DNA from: Mustelus asterias
Lineage: Eukaryota
Reading direction: 5' to 3'
Length of the DNA: 64,000 bases
Assembly: GCF_964213995.1 (NCBI RefSeq)
Contig: NC_135824.1
Location: 52,700,001 to 52,764,000 of the forward strand
Shown here piece by piece: positions 1 through 11,745 of the stretch. The notes beneath the pieces are model-generated. The model saw only the letters and a program-made list of their open reading frames with translations, searched no databases and was not told where the DNA came from. The position numbers and the translations under genes are program-made. How positions within the stretch are numbered: the stretch's first letter is position 1; every line of letters begins with the position of its first letter.

Positions 1-319
1 AGTAACCCAGGTTCAATTCTAGCCTTGGCTGGCTGTCTGCGTGAAGTTGGCACGTTTCCTAGTGTCTGTGTGGGTTTCCCCTGGGTGCTCCAGTTTTCTC
101 CCACAGTCCAAAGATGTGCAGGTTAGGTGGACTGGCCATGATAAATTGCCCGATAGTGCCCCAAGTTGTGTAGGTCAGATTAATTAGCTGTAGGAAATGT
201 ATGGCATTACGGGGGAATAGAGAGGGAGAGGGCCTGTGTACCCTGTCAGAGAGAGAGAGTCGGAGCAAGCACGATGGGCCGAATGGATTCTTCTGAACTG
301 CAGAGAATCTATGATTCTC

Positions 320-960
320 AGTGTGTGGTAATGCATTTAGGGAGCACAAACAGTTATAGAGAACAAACAATAAATGGGATTATACTAAGAGGGGTAGATG
401 AAGTGAAAGAATTTAGTGTACAAATACATAGGTCCTTAAAGGCTGCAGTTGAAGACAAGATTGTAAAGAAGGCATGTGGAATGCTCTCCTTCACTGGCAG
501 AGGTTAGAATATAAAAATAACGTTATAAATGTAGAAACTGTATAAAACACTGGTGAGGTCACAATTGGAGTTTTGCCCGCAGTTCTGGTCACCACATTAC
601 AGGAAGGACGTCATTGCCCTGGAGAGTGCAGAGTAGGTTTACAACACTGTTGCCAAGGCTAGCAAAGTGCAGCTATGAGGAGAAATTGGATAGGTTGAGG
701 TTATTTCCCTTGGAATAAAGAAGGCTGATGAGTCACTTCATCGAGGTGTACAAAGTTATGAGGGGAAGAACTAGAGTGGATAGTACAAAACCGTTTCCCT
801 TAGCAGAGAAAATAGAATCAGGGGACATGGATTCAAGATAAGTGGCAGAATGTTCAGCTGGGACATGAGGAAGAACTTTTTCATGCAGATGCGAGTGGGT
901 TTCTGGAATTTGCTGCCCGAATTGGTGGTGGAGACAAAGCCCCTAAAACACTATTTAAAA
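320..960 (+). mobile_element. Degenerate CR1/HER1-type LINE, 3' ORF2 fragment
   Basis: VVMHLG, VQIHRSLK, KKACGML and QFWSPHY-like motifs, with stops and frameshifts. Confidence 0.8.
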
Positions 961-964
961 GGCC

Positions 965-1660
965 ATGATGTGGAGATGCCGGTGTTGGACTGGGGTGGGC
1001 TCAGTAAGAAGTCTCACAACACCAGGTTAAAGTCCAACACCTTTATTTGGAATCACGAGCTTTCGGAGCACTGCTCCTTCATCAGGTGAGTACTGGACGA
1101 CGAGTACCCTTCGTCATCCAATACTTCCCCGGAGTGAGGAAACTACGAAATCTTTTTCGGAGCCTTCAACATGTCATCGATGAAGATGAACATTTTGCCA
1201 AGGCCATCTCCACACCCCCACTACTTGCCTTCAAACAATCGCACAACCTCAAAAAGACCATTGTTCACAGCAAACTACCCAGCCTTCAGGTGGACAGCGA
1301 CCAGGACACCACACAACCCTACTATGGAAACCTCTGCAAGACATGCCGGAGAGTCGACATCACACGTGAGAACATCACTCACCAGGTACACGGTACATGC
1401 TCATGTGACTCGGCCAACGTTGTCTACCTCATACGCTACAGGAAAGGATGTCCCAAGGTGTGGTACATCCGCGAGACCATGCAGACTCTACGACAACAGA
1501 TGAGCGGACACCACGTGACTATCGCCAGGCAGAAACTGAAAGCCAAGTTCTGCACGCATGAGGATGGCCTCAACCGGGATCTTGGATTCATGTCACACTA
1601 CATGTAACCCCCACCATTTGGCCTCGGTTGCAAAATCCTACAAACTGTCTTGGCTTGAGA
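965..1660 (+). mobile_element. Penelope-like element: inverted pseudo-LTR (~965-1090) followed by a GIY-YIG endonuclease-region fragment
   Basis: ORF 1047-1607 reads RVPFVIQYFPG...PPLLAFKQ..NLK...CKTC...CDSANVVYLI..C..WYI.ET...R..GH...GLN, typical of the PLE C-terminus. Confidence 0.85.
1053..1089 (-). ncRNA. Minimal type I hammerhead ribozyme motif in a Penelope pseudo-LTR
   Basis: UCAC-CUGAUGA-A-GGAGC(AGU)GCUCC-GAAA-G-CUC-GUGA. Confidence 0.75.
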
Positions 1661-3150
1661 CTGTTACTGTTCTTTAAAAAAATGCCTGGACCTGCACCTT
1701 AAGTGCTGTAAGTTGCACGGCATGGGCCCAGTATGGGAAGGTATGATTTGAAAGGGCAGTTGGGTGTCCTAGGGCTGGCATGGACAAGATGGGTCGAATG
1801 GCCTCCTTCTGTACTGCAACTTTCCTTCGGTTCTGCTACCACTGCCCTTTATACTGGGTGCATACTGACAGAATTTCTGATGGCCAACATCTAATTTTAC
1901 GGGTAAACCCCTACCAGAGAAAGAAGTTTTCTCCCTATATACCATATCAAAATGTTCAATCATCTTTAACACTTCGATTTCATCACTCCTAAGTCTTCTA
2001 TACTCGAGGGAATTGAAAGTCAGGAGTGAAAGTATTTCGGGTCTTATCTTTCCTCCCTCTCTGTAATTTGATGTAAATATTTTGACATACTCCCATCAGA
2101 GAAATCACTCGCACTGGCAAAGAACCATAGAATGATACTGCACAAGTGAAGGTCATTCGGCCCGTCGAGTCTCTGCTTGCTCTTTGGAAGTCCCATCCTG
2201 CAGGGCCACTTCTCCTATCTACACTATTAATTCAATCCAACCCTTGAATATCTGCAAATCTCTCTGCACTGTTTTGTTTCACTGCTCTTGTGGAGAAAAC
2301 TTCTCAAAATGCAGAAAAGCAATCAAATAGTACAGGTGTGCAGAGACAGAAAGCAGTCAAGATGTGAGATTACTGCCATTTTTAAAAAGTAGGTCAAAAT
2401 ATGCAACAAGTAAGAAAACAACATGTTGTGTCGGTTTAAAGACAAGCGAATCGGAGTGTAACACGTTATCTGCAGGAGCCCACATACATTGTATGTTCCA
2501 CGAGCGTGGTTTAGATATGAAAGTAGGTTAAAGTGTGAGATAGCAGAAACATTAGACTAATAATCCTGGGCTAACAAGGTGCAGATGTGAGTTCTAATCC
2601 CGTCATGATAGATAATTTCACGTTTTTAATCTTCTTTCTTTGGTCCTTGTATATTTTATGTAATCCAATATTTCTTGCCGTTTCTTAGGCCCTGCATCTA
2701 TTGTGAGAACTATGTCGTTCCCCATTTTCACTCTGAATATAATTCCTACAATTTCTGGTAACAAATGTTAAGCCCCGTATCTGCTATTTGTTTTCTACGA
2801 TGTGGGATTCCTTTATACTCTGCATGTTTTGTGTATTTCCGGAAATTCCTGCTTTTCCAGGTGGACCCCATATCCATTGTGCATGTCCTATGTTGAGGTA
2901 ACGAACTGAAATGCTTTGTACAGGTGACAACTGGTAGGAAATAAAGGTATCATTTGAATAAAGCCTTTATTAACATGTTCATTGTTGAATTACAAGAGTG
3001 GGAAGTGGTTCCTGGAAGTGAAAGGAGGTATCTTATCTGTTTGCATGTCTCTCTTAGAGTGCCATTTATTGTCCATTGTCCATACTCTGACAGGTGATAC
3101 GGGAGGTGATAGGCCAGTATTTATCACCCACCCGTAATTGCCCTTGAGAA

Positions 3151-3968
3151 CAAAGAACAAAGAACAAAGAACAATACAGCACAGGAACAGGCCCTTCGGC
3201 CCTCCAAGCCCGCGCCGCTCCCTGGTCGAGGATTGAATCCTGAATCCAGGATCCCCGCCCAATTTTCCAGCCTATCTACATACCAATATCCTATCCACCG
3301 AGCTGTCCCTCACAGCTACGATGCTTTGTTCATTACAACCTATTAACTTACCCCCACCCCCCCATTCCAGACCATGTGATCTCCAGGGAGAGGCGAAAAC
3401 CCAGAGTGAAAAACCCCAGGGCCAATATGGGGAAAAAAAATCTGGGAAATTTCTCTCCGACCCCCTGAGGCGATCGAAACGAGTCCAGGAGATCACAATG
3501 GCCCCGATCGGAAAATGCTTCCCAACCCTAGTCATTTCCACTTCCACGAACACCATATGAATTCCCTGCCCCCGAGACAGGTTCCCAACTATCCGCAGTC
3601 TCACTCTGTACTGGCACCAGCAAGATGATCATAGAATGAAGCCTTGAAACGAGAAACCAGGAACAATTAGCCCGCGCCGCTCCCTGTTCCAAACTAGACC
3701 ACTCTTTTGTATCCCTCCATTCCCACTCCGTTCATATAGCTGTCTAGATAAGTCTTAAACGTTCCCAGTGTGTCCGCCTCCACCACCTTGCCCGGCAACA
3801 CATTCCAGGCCCCCACGACCTTCTGTGTGAAATATGTCCTTCTGATATCTGTGTTAAACCTCCCCCCCTTCACCTTGAACCTATGACCCCTCGTGAACGT
3901 CACCACCGACCCGGGGAAAAGCTTCCCACCGTTCACCCTATCTATGCCTTTCATAATTTTATACACTA
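3151..3968 (-). mobile_element. Young 5'-truncated CR1/HER1-like LINE 3' end with a long 3'UTR, nested in an older LINE
   Basis: ORF YKIMKGIDRV...TRGHRFKV...FTQKVVGAWN; (TTCTTTG)n tail; flanked by a GAGAA duplication (3146-3150 / 3969-3973). Confidence 0.85.
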
Positions 3969-6900
3969 GAGAAGGTGGTGGTAAACTGCCTTCTTAACCC
4001 GCTGAATTCCCCGAGGTGTAGGTGCACCCACAGCGCTGTTAAGAAGGAAATTCTAGTGTTTTGACCCCGCGACAGTGAAGGAACGGCGATATATTTCCAA
4101 GTCAGGATGGTGAGTGACCTGGAGGGAACCTCCAGATAGTGCTGTTTCCATGTAACTGCTGCCTTTGTCCTTCGAGAAGGTAGTGTCCGTGGGTTTGGAA
4201 GGTGCTGACGAAGGAGCCTTGGTGAGTTCCTGCAGCGCATTTTGTAGATGATGAACATGGCTGCCACAGTTTGTCAGTGGTGGACGGATTGAATGTTGTG
4301 GAAGCGTAAGCAATCAAGCGGGCTGCTTTATCCTGGATGGTGTCAAGGTTATTGCGTGTTTTTGGACCTGCACTCATTCACGCAAGTGGAGAGTGTTCCT
4401 ATACACTCCTGACTTGTGCCTTCGAGTTGGTGGACAGGTTTTTGAGGGGAGGAGGTGAGTTACTCGCTGCAGGATTTCTAGCCTTTAACCAACTCTGACC
4501 GCCACAGTATTCTATATGGCGAATGCAGTTCCGTGTTTGGGCAATGGTAACGCTCTAGGTGTTGATAGTAAGAGTAATGGTAATGCCATTGAAAGTCAAA
4601 GGGCGATGGTTAGATCCTTTCTTGTTGGAGAAGATCATTATCTGGCACTTGTGTAGTGCGAATGTTACTTGTGACTTGTCAGCTCAAGCTTAGATATTGC
4701 CCAGTTCTTTCTGAATTTAGACATGGCCTACTTTAGAATCCGAGGAGTCACAAATGGCGCTGAATATTGTGCAGTCATCGGCCAACATCCCCACTTCTGA
4801 ACTTATGATGGAAGGGAGGTCCCTGATGCCGCAGATGAAGATGGTTGGGCCTAGATCACCACCCTGAGGAACTCCTGCAGAGGCGTCCCGGAGCTGAGAT
4901 GATTGATCTCCAACCACCACAACTATCTTCTTTGTGCCAGCTATGACACCAACCTTGATTCGCATTGATTACAATTTTTCTCGGGCTCCTTGATGCCATA
5001 CTACGTCAAATGCTGCCTTGATGTTAAGGGAAGTCACTCTCCCATTACCTCTGCCATTCAACTCTTTTGCCCAAGTTTGAATCAAGTCCTTAATGAGGTC
5101 AGGAAATTGGTGACCCTGGCGGAAGCAGACTAAGCGTCTGTGAGCTGGTTTTTGCTGCGTAAATGCCACTTGACAGCAATGTAGTTGACCCCTTCCGTCA
5201 ATGTCCTGATGACTGAGAGTAGACTGGTGGGGTGGTAATTGGCCTGGTTGGATTTATCCTGCTTGTTATCTACAAGGAATACCTGAGCACTGTTCCATAT
5301 TGCCATTTAAATGCCAGAGTTGTTGTTGTACTGGAACAGTTTGGATAGGGGTGTAACAAGTTCTGGAGCACAAGTCTTCAGTAGTATTGCCGGAATGTTG
5401 TCAGGATCCATAGCCTTTGCAGTGTCCAGGGCCGTTTCCTGATATCACGTGGAGTGAATCGAATTGGCTGAAGATTCTGTGATGCTGGGGACCTCTAGAG
5501 GAGGCCGAGATGGATCATCCAATCGGCACTTCTGGCTGAAGATTGTTTCAAATGCTTCACCCTTATCTTCTCCACAGATGTACTGAGGTCCTCCATCATT
5601 GATGATGGGTATATTTGTAGAGCCTCCTCCTCCAGTGAGATGCTTAAATGTCCACCACCATTCACGACTGGCTGTGGCGGGCCTGCCGTGCTTAGATCTA
5701 ATTCGTTGGTTTTGGAATTGCAAATCTCTGTCTATTACGTGCTACTTAAACTGCTTTGTACACAAACTATCCTGTGTTGTAGCTTCACCAGGTTGACACC
5801 GTCTTGAACCATTGCATTTCATGTTGTATAAGTGCACTCATAGTGCTGCGAGGGAGTGAGTTTCAGGTTTCTGACCCAGTAAAGGAACGGTCAGCGAGTT
5901 CCTTGTCCGGTTGGTGGGTGAATTTAAGGCGAATTTGCCATTGGTGGTGTTCCCATACGCCTGTTACCTTTTTCATTCAACATGGTGGAGATGACAGGTT
6001 TGGGAGCGGTTGTCCTAGATTCCTTGGCACACCGTCCATAATGTAGATGGCGCACGCTGCTTCCACTGTGATTCAGTGGTGGAAGGAGTGAATCATTAAG
6101 GGGATGCCCAGGCGATCAAGATAGTTGATTTGTCTTGGATAGTGTCGAGTTTATTGATTGTTGTTCAAGCTGCACTCGTTTGGTCAAATGCAGGATCTGA
6201 CATTTTAATATTATATTACAGAAAGACGTCATTGGCTAGGCCAGAATGTATTGTCCATCCCTCCCTACCATTGAGAATGTAGTGACGAGCTGTTTCCTTG
6301 AACCGGTACAGCCCATGCCGTGTTAATGATGGAGATCCAGAATTTTGACCCATTGACAGTGAAGTAAAGGCGATGTATTTTCAATTCAGGATGGTGTATG
6401 GCTTAGAGGGGTACTTGCAGGTCCCCACGTATTTGCTGTCCTTGCCCTTCTAGGTGGTACAATTCGCGGGTTTGGAAGGTGCCGCAGGAGGAGTCTCGAG
6501 ACTTGCTGCAGTACATTTGTGGATTGTGCCCACTGTGATTGCACACACTGCTGCCATTGTGGCTGAGTGGTGGAAGGGGTATATGTTGAAAGGTGGATTC
6601 TGTGCCAATCAAGAGTTCTCCTGGATGGTTTGGAGATTATTTTGTTTTGTTGGAGGTGCACTCATTCAGGCAATTGGAGATTACCCATCGTACTTGTGAC
6701 TTACACCTTGTAGATAGGGGACAGGGTTTAGAGAATCAGGAGGTGGTCGCAGGAATCCCAGCTTCTGACCCTCCCTGGCAGCCGTAGTATTTTTTTCTGG
6801 TTTTCCAGTTAAGGTTCAGGTCAATGGAAACGCGCCAGGGGGATTATTCGATGGTAATGTCATTGAATGTCAAGGAGAGATTGTTGGATTCTCTCTTGAT

Positions 6901-9870
6901 GGAGATGGTTATTGGCTGGACTGTGTGTGGTGCAAATGCTTCTTGCCACTTATCAGCCCAAGCTTGGATATCATCTGGCTCTTGGTGCATAAAGGTAGAG
7001 ACTGTTCCAGTAACTGAAAATCGTGGAATCATCAGTTAACATCCCCACTTATAACTTTATTATGACGGAAATGTAATTTATCAAGCGGCTGATTATGGTT
7101 GAGGGTCGGACACAAGCCGAAGGAACTCCGGCAGCAAAGACCTGGACTGAGATGATTGACCTCCAGCAACCGAAGCCATCTTGCTTTGTGCTCGGTATGT
7201 CTCCAAGCAGTGGACTGGTTCCCATTGACTCCAGTTTTGCTCGGGCTCCATAATGCTCCAATCGGATAAATGTTCCCTTGATGTCAATGGAAGTCACTCT
7301 CACCTTCCTGGACTTTTGTTCGCGTTTTGACCAAGAACGTAATGAGGTCAGGATTTGACTGACCCTTGAAGTGTCATTTTATAGCGCTACCGACAACACT
7401 CCACCAATCTGCTGATGATTGAGAGTAGACAGGTGAATGGCAATTGGCCTGTTTGGAATTCTCTAGCTTTTCATGGACAGGGTACGCATGGGCAGTTTTC
7501 CATATCGCCAGGTGGATGTCAGTGTTGTAACTGTATCGGAACAACTTGGATCGGAGAGCAGTTAATTCTGACGCACAATTTGCAGCATTATTGCTGGAAC
7601 GTTGTCTGCCTTTACAACCATTGCAATATCCGGTGTTTGCAGCCGCTTCTTGGTTTCACGTGGTTTTAGAGTGGCATATATAATGTTGGGGACCAAAGGA
7701 GCAGACTAAGATGGATCAACCTTCTAGCGGAAAATTGTCCCAAATGCCTTGTCTTTTGCATTGTTTAAAGTTTATTTATTAGTATCACAGGTAGCACACT
7801 GCAATGAAGTTACTGTGAAAATCCCCTAGTCGCACACTCCTGCCCGGATACACTAAGGGGGGGATTTAGCATGGCCAAAGCACCCAACCACCACATCTTT
7901 CGGACTGTGGGAGGAAACCGGAGCACCCGGACGAAACCCAAGCAGACACGGGGAGAACGTGCAGACTCCACACAGTGACTCAAGCCGAGAATTAAACCCG
8001 GGTCCCTGGCCCTGAGAGGTAGCAGTGCTACCCACCGTGCCACCGTGCCGCCGCTGAACTCGCCAATCATTGAGGATGATGGCATTTCTGCAGCCTCCTC
8101 CTTCAGTAAGTTGTTTAATTGTACACAACAATTCGCGATTGGTTGTGACAGGACTACAGAGCTTCGGTCTGATTCGTTGGTTGTGGGATGACTTAGTTAG
8201 ATCAACCACATGCTGCTCTCGGTGTTTGGCACGCAAGTGTTCCCGTATTCTAACTTCATCAGGTTCACGGCTCATTTTTAGGTATTTTTGGTATGCCCTC
8301 ATGAATTCGTCTTTGAAGAAGTGTTGATGGTAATGGCAGTGTAGAGGATATCCTGGGTCATGAGGTTACAGATTGTGGTTGTGTACAATTCAGCTGCTGC
8401 TGATGGCTAACATGCTCATGGTGCTTCTAGCCATCACCTCACCTCATTCTGAGTTGCTTGATTTGTTCCAAATCTATCCCATTCAGCACAATGATGCTGC
8501 CAGACAACGTTCTGGAGGCTATCCTCGATGTGAAGTCCGGTCTTTGCCTGCACAAGAACTGTGCAGTTGTCAATTGTACCAATAATGCCATGGAGAGATG
8601 GATCTGCGGCAGGTAGATTGGTCAAGACAAGATCAAAAGGTTTTCCCTGTCTTGTTAGTTCCCTCAGCAGCTGCCGCAGGCCTGGCCCAGCAGCTCCGAT
8701 CTTTAGAACTCGACCAGCTACCAAGGAATGGCGATACCAAGCCACTCATGGTGATGAACATTGAAGTTCCCCGCCCAGATTACATTCTATGCCCTTGTCA
8801 CCCTCAGTGTTTCCTCCAACTGATGTGCAACGTGGAGAACGTGGGGCGGCACGGTAGCACAATGTTTATCACTGCTGCTTCACAGCGCCAGGGAGCTGGG
8901 TTCGATTCCCACCTTGGGTCACTGCCTGTGTGGAGTTTGCACCTTCTTTCCGTGCCTGTGTGGGGTTCCTCCGGGTGCACCGGCTTCCTCCCTTAGGTGC
9001 ATTGACCCGAACAGGTGCCAGGCTGTGGCGACTAGCGGAATTTCTCACTGCAGTGTTAATGTTAGCCTTACTTGTGACTAATAAATAAACATTTAACTTT
9101 AAGTACTGTTTCATCAGCTGAGAAGGATGGTGGACGGTACATGGTAATCATAGAAATCATAGAAACCCTACAGTGCAGAAGGAGGCCATTCGGCCCATCG
9201 AGTCTGCACCGACCACAATCCCACCCAGGCCCTAACCCCACATATTTACCCGCTAATCTACACATCCCAGGACTCTAAGGGGCAATTTTGAACCTGGCTA
9301 ATCAACCTAACCCGCACATCTTTGGACTGTGGGAGGAAACCGGAGCACCCGGAGGGGACCCACGCAGACACGAGGAGAATGTGCAAACTCCACACAGACA
9401 GTGACCCGAGCCGGGAATCGAACCCGGGACCCTGGATCTGTGAAGCAGCAGTGCTAACCACTGTGCTACCGTGCCGCCCTCAGCAGGAGGTTTCCTTGCT
9501 CATGTTTGAACTGTTGCCATGGGACTTCATGGGGTCCAGAGTCAAATGTTGAGAACTCCCAGGGTAACTCCCGATACCCACCCCCATCAGCTGATGAATC
9601 AGTACGCCTCCATGATGAACACCACTGATTCCTTGTAGGTGCTGGGCAATGTTGGAGGCGTCAGGGGCTAAATTCTTTGGCACATCATTCTCAGCCTCTG
9701 AGAGTTAACATCATTGATATGGCTGGTTTGATTTAGTTTCCTGATTAATGACAACCCGGAGATTGTTGATGTCGTGGACTCGGTCACAGACATACCCGTG
9801 AATGCCATGGGGGATAGGTCGATTCTGTTTTGTTGAGATTGGTCGTTCCTACGCATAGTTGTTCATGTTG
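3969..9870 (-). mobile_element. Cluster of several decayed CR1/L2-clade LINE copies interrupted by SINEs
   Basis: RT motifs GVPQG..LGPTIF....DLP, ADDCT and AAFD.VWHQG; repeated RLLRQHLPNPR-like ends at ~4.2 and ~6.5 kb; LDLVLTN-like endonuclease motif at ~8.6 kb. Confidence 0.8.
9147..9478 (-). mobile_element. HE1-like tRNA-derived V-SINE, full length, (TCTATGAT)n tail
   Basis: Head GGCGGCACGGTAGCACAGTGGTTAGCAC, B-box GGTTCGATTCC, V-domain GTGTGGAGTTTGCA...GTCTGCGTGGG. Confidence 0.9.
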
Positions 9871-10719
9871 AAAGTCTGTTCATAACCAATAGAGAACAAC
9901 AATATGTTAACGCCACAGTCTTGGCTCAATTGCCTGCAACCGATTTCCCATGTTTTCATCATTTGATATGGAAAGTGTTATGCTGTTGATGCTCTGGCCC
10001 CAGCTCAATTTTTAAAAAATCATCAAGTTTTGGAAGACTAAAGTGGAAACAACAACCGAAGGGAAATGATTGAATGGAATGTTTCAGTGATGGAACTTTT
10101 TAGCCATTGAACTTGGAGCGTTCGTAACAAGTGGAAACTGATTTGGGGTCATTGGTTTAAAATTGAATAGGGGCAATGAGAAGAAAAGGTTTTGACGGAG
10201 CCAGTGGGAGGCACTGCTTGAAAGGATGGTGGAAGCAACTCAATAAGAGCTTTCACCCGATCTTTTAGATACAGATTTGAAAGCAGGAGTATATTGAGGT
10301 TGTGGAGATAGAATAGGAGAGGGAACAAATGTTGTAAACTGTTGTAAAAGCCACCGTTTAACATCTAGGAAAAAATTTGGATCAAAATATTGAGTAGAGT
10401 TCATCCATTTAGCTCTCTGCCTCTTCCTGTTTCTTCAAACACCCCCCCCCCCCCGCCCCCCTTCCCCAATCTCTTTTTCTCTCTGGCTTTGTTTTCTAAC
10501 TTGTTTCCTCTCTCGCTCGCTCTGTATTTCCCCCACACTCTTTCTATCCCTTTGTCCCCCAACTCTCCCTCTCTGGTTCCCAACACTTTTTATCTCTCTT
10601 TTTTCTGCATTTTTGACTCTCTCATTACTTTTTCCTCCGGTTCTATTTCTCTCTGTTTGTCTCTTTATCTCTCCATCTATTTCCTTCAGCCAGTCTCTTT
10701 TTTCCCGCTCACTTTCCCT

Positions 10720-10889
10720 NNNNNNNNNNNNNNNNNNNNNNNNNNNNNNNNNNNNNNNNNNNNNNNNNNNNNNNNNNNNNNNNNNNNNNNNNNNNNNNNN
10801 NNNNNNNNNNNNNNNNNNNNNNNNNNNNNNNNNNNNNNNNNNNNNNNNNNNNNNNNNNNNNNNNNNNNNNNNNNNNNNNNNNNNNNNNN
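10720..10889. other. N gap within a CT-rich low-complexity tract
   Basis: Run of N. Confidence 0.99.
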
Positions 10890-11421
10890 TCTCGATCTGT
10901 CGTTGTCTCACTTTCTTTCTGTTTCTCATCTGTCTATTCCTCTCTCTGCCACGGTCCCTCTGTCATTTTGTTTTTGTTGCTCCCTCTCTTTTACTCTCTC
11001 TCTATCACACACACACCATCCGACTCGCCCTCCAACTGCCCCTCTTGCTTTATTCCTCACTGGGAACGGAGGAGAAATCCCAGAGACCCCCCATTGCAGG
11101 ACTGCAGTGGGCTCAGGCCTGGACTCAGGGTCCATTCTCACTGGAGGTTGAAAACCTGGAGAGATTGGAACTTTGGGAAGGAACGAATGAAGCCAATTTG
11201 AATAAAGTGTCCGAGCTGCCTCATAACGTCTCTTTCGGCACCGACATGGTGACTTGGCCATGTAAAGAGAACTCCCTGAAACTGATCAAACTATAGGTTG
11301 TGTTTGCGATGCATGCTGTTTCTGTACCTTCTCCACTGAAAGACAAGGCCCCAAATTCCAACTTTCTACAACTACTCTGAGTCACAACAACAACCTGAAT
11401 TCATATAGCATCACGTTCCAT

Positions 11422-11745
11422 ATTAGCAGACGGATTCCCCTGGTCCGCACCAGTTCTAAGTCAGCTGCTAGGCGCCGGCCGTGGCCATCCGCCCGCCGGG
11501 GAGATAAACAGACACTGTAGCTGGGTCAATCCAGAGGAAGGCCCCGGCGCTCGCCCAGAGCCACCACCGCCCCGGAAGGCGGCGCCTTGCCCAGCCGCGA
11601 CACGTGCCCAGCCCCTCTTTGCACCCCAGCCCGACAGACCCAGCCCTAAGAGCCAATCCTTATCCCGACGTTACGGATCTGATTTGCCGACTTCCCTTAC
11701 CTACATTGTTCCAACATGTCAGAGACTGTTCATCTTGGAGACCTG
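11422..11745 (-). pseudogene. 28S rRNA fragment (dispersed pseudogene)
   Basis: Plus strand carries reverse complements of conserved LSU segments: cggattcccctggtccgcaccagttctaag and gagccaatccttatcccg..gttacggatct..gccgacttcccttacctacattgttccaacatg. It has several mismatches and no flanking rDNA. Confidence 0.88.

Noticed and set aside
2861-2897. 37-nt exon-like segment (ttttccag...gtaacg) on the + strand
   Set aside because: No recognisable product or partner exons; splice-like motifs occur by chance.
10390-11296. Long ORFs around the first gap
   Set aside because: Artefacts of CT-rich low complexity and the N run; the 11.05-11.3 kb remainder has no recognisable motif.
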